This document shows, piece after piece, positions 23,830 through 32,074 of a DNA stretch of 41,054 nucleotides (position 1 is the stretch's first letter; each line of letters starts with the position of its first letter). The notes under the pieces are model-generated. The model ran no database searches. It was given only the letters and a program-made list of their open reading frames with translations, and had not been told where the DNA came from. Where the stretch lies: IMG/VR virus record IMGVR_UViG_3300005573_000022, positions 1-41,054 of that record, one strand, 5' to 3'. The position numbers were made by a program, and so were the translations under genes. This DNA comes from a virus.

Positions 23830-24191
23830 GTTGGGAAGAATACGATAAAGATATTAGAATATTAGCTAATTTAATTAAAAAAGGAGGTGATGATAAATGT
23901 AGGGTTATTTATACACTTTCAAGAGGAGGATTGGTCATTGCTTGCCATTTAAGTCACTTGCTTAATATTAAAAACATTGTTGTTGATATTACTCCGCTTA
24001 TGCCGTATCCTATTTTAGTAGTAGATGATGTATCGGACACAGGAAAGACATTAAAAGAAAAGGTATTGCTTTGGAGAAGCCCGCATATAACAACTATTGC
24101 TACTTTATACCGAAAAGATGGAACTATGGTAGAACCAAAGTATACAGTTAAAACAATAAATAAATGGATAGTTTTCCCGTGGGAGGAATAA
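23784..24191 (+). CDS. gpt: Xanthine-guanine phosphoribosyltransferase-like protein (Gpt family)
   Basis: TTG start 7 nt after AGGAGG. 'LSRGGLVIACHL', PRPP loop 'ILVVDDVSDTGKTL' and C-terminal 'KWIVFPWEE' run parallel to E. coli Gpt (VSRGGLVPGALL / FIVIDDLVDTGGTA / TWIEQPWD) as I recall it. Confidence 0.75.
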   Translation: MSSKPANSQVNRYKVSWEEYDKDIRILANLIKKGGDDKCRVIYTLSRGGLVIACHLSHLLNIKNIVVDITPLMPYPILVVDDVSDTGKTLKEKVLLWRSPHITTIATLYRKDGTMVEPKYTVKTINKWIVFPWEE

Positions 24192-24209
24192 GATAAGAAA
24201 GGAGGAAAA

Positions 24210-24425
24210 ATGAATAACAAAAAACGAATAACTGGAACTCAAAAACTTTTAAACGCACTTAAAGAAGAAAAAACACTTGAAGAACTTGCGCAAGAAACTG
24301 GATTAAAAATATCTACAATAAGAATACAGCTGGGGTATCATTTGCCTAAAAAAGGCTATATTATTAAAAAAGGCCAAAAGAATGGCCAATTATCTTATAC
24401 TTTAGAGCAAGAAACCTCAAAATAA
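24210..24425 (+). CDS. Small winged-helix/HTH protein, 71 aa
   Basis: 'KTLEELAQETGLKISTIRIQLGYHL' is an HTH-like segment. GGAGGA SD. Confidence 0.5.
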   Translation: MNNKKRITGTQKLLNALKEEKTLEELAQETGLKISTIRIQLGYHLPKKGYIIKKGQKNGQLSYTLEQETSK

Positions 24426-24455
24426 AATTTTAAAAACAAAAAAGGAGAAAGAATA

Positions 24456-25016
24456 ATGAATCATAAACTTATTGAGGAGAGTATTCGCGCAATAATTCAA
24501 GCGATTGGAGAAAATCCGGAAAGAGAAGGGTTAAAAGAAACTCCTTTACGTATTGCTAAAGCCTATGAATTCCTGTTTTCTGGATATAAGCAATCACCTA
24601 AAGATATTCTTTCTAAAACATTTACGCAAGCTTATGATGAAATGGTAGTTTTAAAAAACATAGAAATATATTCTATGTGCGAACACCATTTATTACCTTT
24701 TTTTGGTAAATGTCACATTGCTTATATACCCAATGGTAGAGTTGTAGGAGTTAGCAAATTAGCAAGACTAATGGAATGTTACGCCAGAAGATTGCAAATA
24801 CAAGAACGCCTTTGCAATCAAATAGTAGATGCAATAGAAGAATACTTAAAACCGCTTGGTAGCGCTTGTATCATTGAAGCACAGCATTTTTGTATGACAA
24901 GCAGAGGTATTCAAAAACAAAATAGTGTAATGGTTACTTCTGCTTTGAGAGGAGTTTTTAGAGAAAAAATTGAAGCACGAGAAGAATTGATGAGATTGAT
25001 AAAAAATGGAGATTAA
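24456..25016 (+). CDS. folE: GTP cyclohydrolase I
   Basis: '[14 protein letters not shown]', '[18 protein letters not shown]', '[10 protein letters not shown]...RLQIQERL' are canonical FolE blocks. Confidence 0.9.
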   Translation: MNHKLIEESIRAIIQAIGENPEREGLKETPLRIAKAYEFLFSGYKQSPKDILSKTFTQAYDEMVVLKNIEIYSMCEHHLLPFFGKCHIAYIPNGRVVGVSKLARLMECYARRLQIQERLCNQIVDAIEEYLKPLGSACIIEAQHFCMTSRGIQKQNSVMVTSALRGVFREKIEAREELMRLIKNGD

Positions 25017-25885
25017 TGAAATTATATTTAGCAGACTGGGAAGCAGCAAATTCTTTATTAACTAACACAAAAGAAATTGTTAGAAATATTCTTACCACTT
25101 ATTACTACAATAAAGATATACAATTTTATAAACAAATGAAACTTGAAAATAAAAATGTATTTTTAGACAGCGGAGCATTTAGTGCTTGGTCGCAAAAAAA
25201 AGAAATCAATATTTTTCAATACGCGCAATTTCTGCATAAAGTAAAAGAATATGTTGAAGTATATGCAACCCTCGATAGCATTGGAGATTATAAAAAAACA
25301 ATGGAAAATACAAAATATTTAGAAAGCGAAGGGCTGTCACCTTTACCTTGTTTTCATTACGGAGAACCAATAACGATTCTTGATAAATATGTAGATAAAT
25401 ATGAATATATAGCGTTAGGGGGAATGGTTCCGATTAGCACACCGCAACTAATGTTCTGGCTCGATGATATTTTTCATCGACATCCGAAAGTAAAATTTCA
25501 CGGTTTTGGATTAACTACACTTTTTTTGATTAAACGATATCCTTGGTATAGTGTAGATAGTTCCTCCTGGTGTAGCGGTGGTAAATTTGAGAGAGTAATT
25601 ATAAAAGATAGAACATTTGATTTTGGACGCGACCAATCTTCTCCAGATGCTTGGACAAAACAATCGTCTTATATTCAAGAATACTATAAAGAAATTTTAC
25701 AAAAAGAATATAATATTACACCAGAAGAATTATTCAACTCATATAAGCGCAGAAATGATGTAAATGTTTTATCTTTTTTACAAATAGAAAAAGAATTAAC
25801 TTTAAACCCACCAAAAATATTTCAAAAACCACAAATGGAATTTTTTGATATTTCGTTAATAGGAAAAAGAGAGGAGGAAAAATGA
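25016..25885 (+). CDS. dpdA: DpdA-type DNA (7-deazaguanine) transglycosylase, TGT superfamily
   Basis: 'VFLDSGAFSAW', 'IALGGMVP', 'FHGFGLT', 'SVDSSSW' match the phage DpdA landmarks I recall. It is embedded between folE and queC with TAATG/ATGA overlaps. Confidence 0.75.
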   Translation: MKLYLADWEAANSLLTNTKEIVRNILTTYYYNKDIQFYKQMKLENKNVFLDSGAFSAWSQKKEINIFQYAQFLHKVKEYVEVYATLDSIGDYKKTMENTKYLESEGLSPLPCFHYGEPITILDKYVDKYEYIALGGMVPISTPQLMFWLDDIFHRHPKVKFHGFGLTTLFLIKRYPWYSVDSSSWCSGGKFERVIIKDRTFDFGRDQSSPDAWTKQSSYIQEYYKEILQKEYNITPEELFNSYKRRNDVNVLSFLQIEKELTLNPPKIFQKPQMEFFDISLIGKREEEK

Positions 25886-26541
25886 AAGCAGTTTGTATTT
25901 TATCCGGAGGCATAGATAGCACAACGCTATTATATCGAATGCTCAAAGAAGGTTTCGAGGTATTACCGATTTCATTTTTCTATGGACAAAAACATTCAAA
26001 AGAATTGAAAATGGCAAGTTTAACCTGCGCTAAGTTAAACCTAAAACATAAAATAATTGATTTATCTTCAATGTCCGATTTATTAAAAAGTGCTTTGACT
26101 ACTAAAGATATTGCGGTTCCTGAAGGACATTACCAAGCAGAAAATATGAAACAAACTGTAGTCCCGAATAGGAATATGATATTTTTAAGTATTTCTGCAG
26201 GAATAGCGTATTCTACAGGAGCAAAAATAATAGGTATTGGCGTGCATACAGGTGACCACGCTATATATCCCGATTGTAGAGAAAGTTTTATTCAAGATTT
26301 TGAAAGACTGGTTAATAAAGGAAATGAATGGTTTGATGAATTACGTATTTACGCACCTTATATTAATAAAAATAAAATCGATATAGTAAAAGATGGTCTA
26401 AGTATAGGAGTAGATTATTCTCTTACCTGGACTTGTTATAAAGGCGGAGAAAAAGCTTGTGGGAAATGTGGTTCTTGTATTGAAAGATTAGAAGCGTTTA
26501 ATAAAAATAACGCTCAAGACCCTTTAGAGTATGAAAGTTGA
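25882..26541 (+). CDS. queC: 7-cyano-7-deazaguanine (preQ0) synthase
   Basis: PP-loop 'AVCILSGGIDSTT' and the C-terminal zinc site 'CYKGGEKACGKCGSCIER'. Confidence 0.9.
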   Translation: MKAVCILSGGIDSTTLLYRMLKEGFEVLPISFFYGQKHSKELKMASLTCAKLNLKHKIIDLSSMSDLLKSALTTKDIAVPEGHYQAENMKQTVVPNRNMIFLSISAGIAYSTGAKIIGIGVHTGDHAIYPDCRESFIQDFERLVNKGNEWFDELRIYAPYINKNKIDIVKDGLSIGVDYSLTWTCYKGGEKACGKCGSCIERLEAFNKNNAQDPLEYES

Positions 26542-26749
26542 ATTACGCGCTAATTTACAACCTGCCCCTAAAAAATGGAACAAAGCAGAAATTGCATTTT
26601 TATTAAAATACTATCCACTGTATAAAGCTGGACACCCTAAATACACTGCTGGAGTATTAAGAGGAGCTTTGCAAGGGAGAACAATGGCCGCTATATCAAA
26701 AAATATTGGTCAATTATGGGAAGCCCGCATAGCAAAAACCTTAATATAA
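26531..26749 (+). CDS. Myb/SANT-like small DNA-binding protein, 72 aa
   Basis: 'KKWNKAEIAFLLKYY...GRTMAAISKNIGQLW' fits the Myb repeat spacing. It overlaps the queC end by 11 nt. Confidence 0.4.
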   Translation: MKVELRANLQPAPKKWNKAEIAFLLKYYPLYKAGHPKYTAGVLRGALQGRTMAAISKNIGQLWEARIAKTLI

Positions 26750-26792
26750 ATCAATACTTGTTCGATTTTGCTCGCGATAAACTAAAATAAAT

Positions 26793-26822
26793 TTGGAGAA
26801 CACAATATTAGTGGCGTATAAT
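26793..26822 (+). promoter_or_regulatory. Promoter in front of the recombination/replication genes: TTGGAG(AAC) ... GTGGCGTATAAT
   Basis: -35 at 26793-26798, 18-nt spacer, -10 at 26817-26822. Same TTGGAGAAC box as at 22879. Confidence 0.55.
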
Positions 26823-26841
26823 ATAATTGAGAAAGATAAAA

Positions 26842-27018
26842 ATGCAAAACAAAAAAAGATTATTATCGGATGAAGAAGTTGAGTATCTTGCTGAAGCATA
26901 TCTAAAACTCAAGCAAGACCCTACCTACCAAAATCTATACAAAACATTTCAAGAATATATAGACAATTTTTTGGAAACCGAGTTACAAATAATTAAAAAA
27001 ATCAAAAAAGGAGTTTAA
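26842..27018 (+). CDS. Hypothetical 58-aa protein
   Basis: First ATG downstream of the predicted promoter. The track start at 26827 would precede the predicted transcription start. Confidence 0.4.
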   Translation: MQNKKRLLSDEEVEYLAEAYLKLKQDPTYQNLYKTFQEYIDNFLETELQIIKKIKKGV

Positions 27019-27019
27019 A

Positions 27020-27904
27020 ATGGAAGAACGAAATTTTATTGGCGGTTCTGATATTGCGGCAGTAATGGGTTTAAGTCGATATAAAACCCCTTTAAGGCTA
27101 TGGGCAGAAAAAGTAGGACTAGTAGAACCAGAAGATTTAACTAATAAAGAATATGTGCAACTTGGTAGCGAACTTGAGGATTTCATTGCAAAAAAATTTG
27201 CTAAATCAACAGGTATGAAAATACGGCGCGCGCCACGAAGATATGTTCATAAAAAATATCCTTTTATGACTTGCCAAGTTGACCGTTTAATCGAAGGAAC
27301 CGATATGCTACTGGAGTGTAAAAATGTTTCAGCTTGGAAAGAAAAAGAATGGGGTGGAGAAGAAATACCGATTGAATATATTTTGCAAGTTTCTTGGCAG
27401 TTAATGATTACTGGTAGAAGTAAAGGTTACATAGCCGTTCTTATTGGGGGGAATAAATTTAGATATAAGGAAATTCAAGCTGACCAAGAAATGTTTGACA
27501 AAATGACAGAATCTGCGATTAAATTTTGGGATATGGTGCAAAATAAAATTCCCCCTGCAGCAACCGGAGAAGATAATGAAATATTACTCACTTTATATCC
27601 TCAATCAAACGAGCAAATACAAGCAATAGAAGAAATGAATAATTGTATTGCACTTTTACAGCAAGTTAAAGCCAATATAAAAGAATTAGAAGCACAGAGA
27701 GATGAATTAGAAGCAAAATTAAAAGAAGTAATTAAAGATAGCCTCGGTATAAGAACAAGTGAATACATTGTAAAATGGATACCACAAACAGTATCGTTAC
27801 TTAATTATGACGCATTAAAAGCGGATGGATTATATGAAAAATATCTTATAAAAAAAGAAACAAGAGTTTTAAGAGTTTTTAAAAACAAAGGAGGTGAAAT
27901 ATGA
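27020..27904 (+). CDS. YqaJ/RecE-type 5'-3' recombination exonuclease
   Basis: 'GGSDIAAVMGLSRYKTPLRLW' and the downstream 'CQVDRLIEG...LLECKN' PD-(D/E)XK core. Paired with RecT by an ATGA overlap. Confidence 0.8.
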   Translation: MEERNFIGGSDIAAVMGLSRYKTPLRLWAEKVGLVEPEDLTNKEYVQLGSELEDFIAKKFAKSTGMKIRRAPRRYVHKKYPFMTCQVDRLIEGTDMLLECKNVSAWKEKEWGGEEIPIEYILQVSWQLMITGRSKGYIAVLIGGNKFRYKEIQADQEMFDKMTESAIKFWDMVQNKIPPAATGEDNEILLTLYPQSNEQIQAIEEMNNCIALLQQVKANIKELEAQRDELEAKLKEVIKDSLGIRTSEYIVKWIPQTVSLLNYDALKADGLYEKYLIKKETRVLRVFKNKGGEI

Positions 27905-28938
27905 GTAATAATTTAGAAAAAGCAAAACAAGCAATAGCGACGGCACCACAGATAACAACAATATACGATTTTTTTGAGAAACAAAAAGACCTTATTAAAA
28001 ATGCTTTACCTAAAACAATTACGCCTGATAGAATGGTATCGCTTTTTACTATGCTCGTGAAATCTTCACCGGAGATAATGAATTGTAGTCAAGTTTCGCT
28101 CATCGCGGCAGTTATTCAAACTATACAACTTGGTTTTTTGCCCATACCTTCCACAGGACATGTTTATTATGTCCCGTTCGCTAATCGTAAAAAAGATGGC
28201 ACTATAGTAAAAGAAGTTCAATTCATTTTAGGATACAAAGGAATGATAGATTTAATTAATCGTAGCAGAGATGCCGCTGTTTTATGTGCTGAATGTGTCT
28301 ATGAAAACGACTATTTTGAATATTCTCTCGGGTTAAATCCTGTGCTTATACATAGACCAACAAAAGAAAACAGAGGTCAAATAATAGGAGTATACGCGAT
28401 AGGTAAAAATAAAGTAGTAGATGAAAAAATATTTGTATATCTCACAAGAGATGAAATTGAAAAAGTACGTGCCGCATCAAAAAGCGGTAACGCAGAATAT
28501 TCCCCATGGGTAAAATGGTATGAAGAAATGGCTAAAAAAACCGCGATAAAACGCCTTGCAAAATTACTCCCTCTATCAATAGATATACAAAAACAACTAG
28601 CGACTGATGAAACGATTAAAACCGAAATTGCTCCTGATATGACTATAGTTAAAGATGAGACTAACTGGAATAGTGAAGAAGAACAATCAAGTTTTACTTC
28701 TGAAAAACAAACAACTCAAACAAATGTTATAGAAGTTACGCCGCGTAGCACAATTACTGAAAAACAAGAAAATGCTATAAAAGAACTGGCTAAAAAAAGA
28801 TATGCTGAAAAATGGCAAGTTGAAATTTTAAACAGAATTGGTAGCGAATTCGGTGTAGAAACCTTAAATATGCTCACCGATAAACAAGCCGAAATACTAA
28901 TAAAAGAACTGCAAAAAGAAAATGAAAATAATAACTAA
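27901..28938 (+). CDS. recT: RecT-family single-strand annealing protein
   Basis: 'QVSLIAAVIQTIQLGFLP', 'ILGYKGMIDLINRS', 'SPWVKWYEEMAKKTAIKRLAKLLPLS' are RecT family blocks. Confidence 0.85.
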   Translation: MSNNLEKAKQAIATAPQITTIYDFFEKQKDLIKNALPKTITPDRMVSLFTMLVKSSPEIMNCSQVSLIAAVIQTIQLGFLPIPSTGHVYYVPFANRKKDGTIVKEVQFILGYKGMIDLINRSRDAAVLCAECVYENDYFEYSLGLNPVLIHRPTKENRGQIIGVYAIGKNKVVDEKIFVYLTRDEIEKVRAASKSGNAEYSPWVKWYEEMAKKTAIKRLAKLLPLSIDIQKQLATDETIKTEIAPDMTIVKDETNWNSEEEQSSFTSEKQTTQTNVIEVTPRSTITEKQENAIKELAKKRYAEKWQVEILNRIGSEFGVETLNMLTDKQAEILIKELQKENENNN

Positions 28939-29489
28939 TGATAAATTATGTCCCTTTCTATACGAAATTATGGTCAGATAAAAAATTTAAAGGACTGCCG
29001 TTAACATCAAAATTTTTATTTATTTATCTCTTTACTAATGAAGCAGTTACACTTTGCGGTATATATGTGCTTGATATTGAAGTCTGTCAAGCAAGAGTAA
29101 AACTTGGTGATGATTTTAAACCCGCAATGGATAAAATAATTGAAGCGGGGATGGTTAAGTGGGATGAAAGCACTGATACTATATTCATAGTAAACCGATT
29201 TAAATATATTCCTAATAAAAGTCCTAAAATAATAAAAGGCGTAATTAATGAGCTTAACCTAATCAATCACCCCTTTAAACAAGAATTTCTTAATATATAT
29301 AAGAACGACTTAGGTGTATACAAAACAACCCTGCTGGGATATAATGCAGAAGAAGATAATTTGCTCACTCCAGAACAAATAAAAGCTTTTGTAAAATTAG
29401 GTTGGCAAAAAGAAAGAATTAAAAAATTTTATACAGACAGAAATTATCCTGAAGAAAGAGTCGATGCAATACTTGAAGATTTTTTTTAA
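28938..29489 (+). CDS. Replisome-organiser / replication-initiator-like protein
   Basis: N-terminal 'VPFYTKLWSDKKFKGL...KFLFIYLFTN' resembles the phage replisome-organiser N-domain as I recall it. It sits after recT. Confidence 0.35.
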   Translation: MINYVPFYTKLWSDKKFKGLPLTSKFLFIYLFTNEAVTLCGIYVLDIEVCQARVKLGDDFKPAMDKIIEAGMVKWDESTDTIFIVNRFKYIPNKSPKIIKGVINELNLINHPFKQEFLNIYKNDLGVYKTTLLGYNAEEDNLLTPEQIKAFVKLGWQKERIKKFYTDRNYPEERVDAILEDFF

Positions 29490-29500
29490 ACATTAATTAA

Positions 29501-29812
29501 ATGAAAAGAAAATTTAAACTTATTAAAATTTTCTTTGAAATTCTAAGAGATAAATACAAAAAACGATTTACAAAAAATCAACTTAACCAACTATGTAAAT
29601 TCATTTTAAACAATAATATTGATTTGGATTTTTTAATAAAAGAAACCCAATTTTTAAAAAATAAACAGCCATTTTATTATTATATACAAAATTTAAATAG
29701 AATAAAAGATAGATTTTTGTCTTCTTATAGAGATAATAATTGGACAATAAATGAACCTATTCAAATTAAAGAAATTATTAATCAAGTATTATCAAACAAA
29801 AAGGAGGCTTAA
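29501..29812 (+). CDS. Hypothetical protein, 103 aa
   Basis: ORF in the operon. Confidence 0.45.
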   Translation: MKRKFKLIKIFFEILRDKYKKRFTKNQLNQLCKFILNNNIDLDFLIKETQFLKNKQPFYYYIQNLNRIKDRFLSSYRDNNWTINEPIQIKEIINQVLSNKKEA

Positions 29813-29974
29813 ATGGAAAAAATAACATTTAGGGCATCGTTGTATAAAATGCAAAGAGATTATGAAGATGAATGTAAAATTACTTTTCAAGTGCCAGCAT
29901 CAGAATTAGAAGAAGTTGTAAAAGTTCCTGCGCAAAAAGAATTATTAATTGAAATTTTAGTGAAAGAAAAATGA
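29813..29974 (+). CDS. 53-aa micro-protein
   Basis: Own translation: MEKITFRASLYKMQRDYEDECKITFQVPASELEEVVKVPAQKELLIEILVKEK. AAGGAGG upstream, and ATGA overlap with the methyltransferase gene. Confidence 0.45.
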   Translation: MEKITFRASLYKMQRDYEDECKITFQVPASELEEVVKVPAQKELLIEILVKEK

Positions 29975-30657
29975 TTACTCCTTATTACGAAGAAGAAGGA
30001 ATAAAGATTTATTTAGGTGATTGTCTTGAGGTTATGAAAGAAATACCAGATAAGTCAATAGACCTTGTATTGACTGACCCGCCTTGGGCATTAGGTAAAA
30101 AAGAATATGATACAGAAAAAGAAATGTTTACTTTTAAGAAAGCAATGCCCGAAATAAATAGAGTATTAAAAGATAATAAACATTTCTTATGTGATACGAG
30201 TTATACACAATTATTTAAAACGAATGAAATTATAAGCCCATTTTTAATTTATCGCCAACCTATAATTCTTTATTGTAATAATCAAATTGGACATCATAGT
30301 TTTGTGGGGTGGAATCACTTTAGAATGATTTTATGGTATTGTAAAACTAAACCCAATAAGCCTGTAAAACGATATAGAGATGTAATAGAGTTTCCAATGA
30401 AATCTACAAAAAAAGAAGGATGGAATTTTCCTAATCCCAAAGATGTTTATACTTATAAAAAGTTAATAGAAATGTTTAGTAATAAAAATGACTTAATTCT
30501 TGACCCCTTTCTTGGCTCTGGCACTACTTTAGTTGCCTGTAAAGAATTAGGCAGGCAAGGTATAGGTATAGAAATTAACAAAAAATATTGTGATATAGCA
30601 GTTAGGCTACTTAAAAATACTATACGACCTTTATTTTATGAAAGCAAAACTTGTTAA
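29971..30657 (+). CDS. Beta-class DNA amino-methyltransferase (N6-adenine or N4-cytosine)
   Basis: Catalytic 'DLVLTDPPW' precedes the AdoMet motif 'LILDPFLGSGTT', which is the beta-class order. Confidence 0.8.
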   Translation: MITPYYEEEGIKIYLGDCLEVMKEIPDKSIDLVLTDPPWALGKKEYDTEKEMFTFKKAMPEINRVLKDNKHFLCDTSYTQLFKTNEIISPFLIYRQPIILYCNNQIGHHSFVGWNHFRMILWYCKTKPNKPVKRYRDVIEFPMKSTKKEGWNFPNPKDVYTYKKLIEMFSNKNDLILDPFLGSGTTLVACKELGRQGIGIEINKKYCDIAVRLLKNTIRPLFYESKTC

Positions 30658-30907
30658 AATCATTCCTCAAAAAGATAAATATGGTAAAGATGTTTTTTTA
30701 ATTTGCTTAAAAGGCGATGATGGAAAATCTTATAGAACTTGGACAGGAAAACATTTCGGAAACTACATTCGTTGGTTTAAAGTTATTGATATTTTTAGAG
30801 CGGGTAAAGAAGTTGTTTTAGATGGATTAATAGTTAAAGGAAAATCATTGATAGATGCTGATTCTTTATTTATCTATAAAGTGATAGAAACTTTAGCGCA
30901 AGTTTAA
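30638..30907 (+). CDS. Hypothetical protein, 89 aa
   Basis: ORF overlapping the methyltransferase 3' end. Confidence 0.45.
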   Translation: MKAKLVKIIPQKDKYGKDVFLICLKGDDGKSYRTWTGKHFGNYIRWFKVIDIFRAGKEVVLDGLIVKGKSLIDADSLFIYKVIETLAQV

Positions 30908-30921
30908 AAAGGAGGTGAAAA

Positions 30922-31095
30922 ATGAAAAAAGACCTTGCTTATACAATGGATTGTCCCTTTGTTGCTCGTAAATGTAAAGCAGATAAATGTATAGGATGGT
31001 TAAAAACTGGCGATAACGAAGGCACTTGTGTGTTGTTAGCTGATAAAGCAATATCTATATTAGAATATAAAGAATCAGAATCTAATAAGAAATAA
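30922..31095 (+). CDS. 57-aa Cys-containing micro-protein
   Basis: Own translation: MKKDLAYTMDCPFVARKCKADKCIGWLKTGDNEGTCVLLADKAISILEYKESESNKK. GGAGGTGA upstream. Confidence 0.45.
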   Translation: MKKDLAYTMDCPFVARKCKADKCIGWLKTGDNEGTCVLLADKAISILEYKESESNKK

Positions 31096-31128
31096 ATGGT
31101 AAGAAATAAATGGTAAGAAATAAATGGC
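31087..31128. repeat. 14-bp tandem repeat x3 (aagaaataaatggt, aagaaataaatggt, aagaaataaatggc)
   Basis: Read directly. Copy 1 contains the stop of the upstream ORF and copy 3 contains the ATG of the downstream ORF. Confidence 0.9.
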
Positions 31129-31369
31129 CTGTAAAGATTGCTTTTATTGTAAATTAATATTACCTATTAATAAAAAAAAATTTTTTTCAACTTCACTATG
31201 GGGAAACTTGCATACAAAAGTTAAATGTGTAAAAGGTTGGTGGTTAAATTATAAAGTTGAAGAAGTAGAACATACTTTACGTTCGGTTTTAAGAAATAGT
31301 GAAAAAGTTAGAAAAGCATATAAAACTTGTCCATATAAAAATGAAAATGAAGAAGAAAAAAATATTTAA
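31124..31369 (+). CDS. Cys-rich hypothetical protein, 81 aa
   Basis: MACKDCFYCK...C..KGWW...CPY. Confidence 0.45.
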   Translation: MACKDCFYCKLILPINKKKFFSTSLWGNLHTKVKCVKGWWLNYKVEEVEHTLRSVLRNSEKVRKAYKTCPYKNENEEEKNI

Positions 31370-31511
31370 TGAAGTTTTACCTTGGTTAATTTCTCAAATT
31401 ATTACTTACGGAGACTTATTTTTTGAATGGTGGGAAAAAGAAGGCAAAGAATATTTTATGAAATTTTTAGATTTAAAACTAAAAGAAAGAGCGAGAAATG
31501 GCAAAAAATAA
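31341..31511 (+). CDS. Hypothetical protein (start uncertain: 31299 GTG or 31341 ATG)
   Basis: ORF overlapping its neighbours, with no clear SD. Confidence 0.3.
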   Translation: MKMKKKKIFNEVLPWLISQIITYGDLFFEWWEKEGKEYFMKFLDLKLKERARNGKK

Positions 31512-31827
31512 AGGGAATTATTATAAAATAAAAACAAAAAAATGGTTTATTGGCAAAGGTTATGTGTGCGAATATACAGAAAAATCAATGAGAATTGTAT
31601 CAAAAGGAAAAGTTATTTTTGTTAAAAAAGATTGTTTCTTTAGCGATGGCATAGCGGTTAATAAAGATGAATTGATTTTCTGGAATTCTGTTTTTGGAAG
31701 AGCCAATATTGCTTCTCATATAAAACAATACGCTTCTTTTGAAGTTCCTAATTGTGAACATATTAAAAAATGGGTAATTATTTGGGAAAAAAGAAAGTCA
31801 GAACCGGAGATAGAGGAAGTAAAATAA
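31498..31827 (+). CDS. Hypothetical protein, 109 aa (weak resemblance to small PD-(D/E)XK resolvase-type nucleases)
   Basis: 'KGNYYKIKTKKWFIGKGYVC...DCFFSDGIAV' loosely follows the Hjc-like N-terminal layout, but the E-x-K element is not evident. Confidence 0.25.
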   Translation: MAKNKGNYYKIKTKKWFIGKGYVCEYTEKSMRIVSKGKVIFVKKDCFFSDGIAVNKDELIFWNSVFGRANIASHIKQYASFEVPNCEHIKKWVIIWEKRKSEPEIEEVK

Positions 31828-31888
31828 TCACAAGCAGGTTCAAAATTAAAAGAGGCGGATTCTTAAGTGAAAAGAAAGGAGAATAAAA

Positions 31889-32071
31889 ATGATTAACATT
31901 ACCAAAATTACTTTTGGATATTGTCATCTTTGTCAAAAACCGAGTATAGTAGGGATATTTGAATTACATCGCTGGCGACATACTTTTATGCTCTGTAGTA
32001 ATTGTTTGCGTAAATTAGGAGAAAAGATAGATATAGAAGGGACGAGGATTTTAGAACATAAAAACAGATAA
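31889..32071 (+). CDS. Zinc-finger protein, 60 aa
   Basis: CHLCQ...CSNC. Confidence 0.45.
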   Translation: MINITKITFGYCHLCQKPSIVGIFELHRWRHTFMLCSNCLRKLGEKIDIEGTRILEHKNR

Positions 32072-32074
32072 GAG

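Noticed and set aside
23784-24191. The Gpt-like ORF as a spurious out-of-frame overlap with queE
   Set aside because: Only 46 nt overlap. It has an ideal SD-TTG arrangement and full-length PRTase motifs, so it is retained as real.
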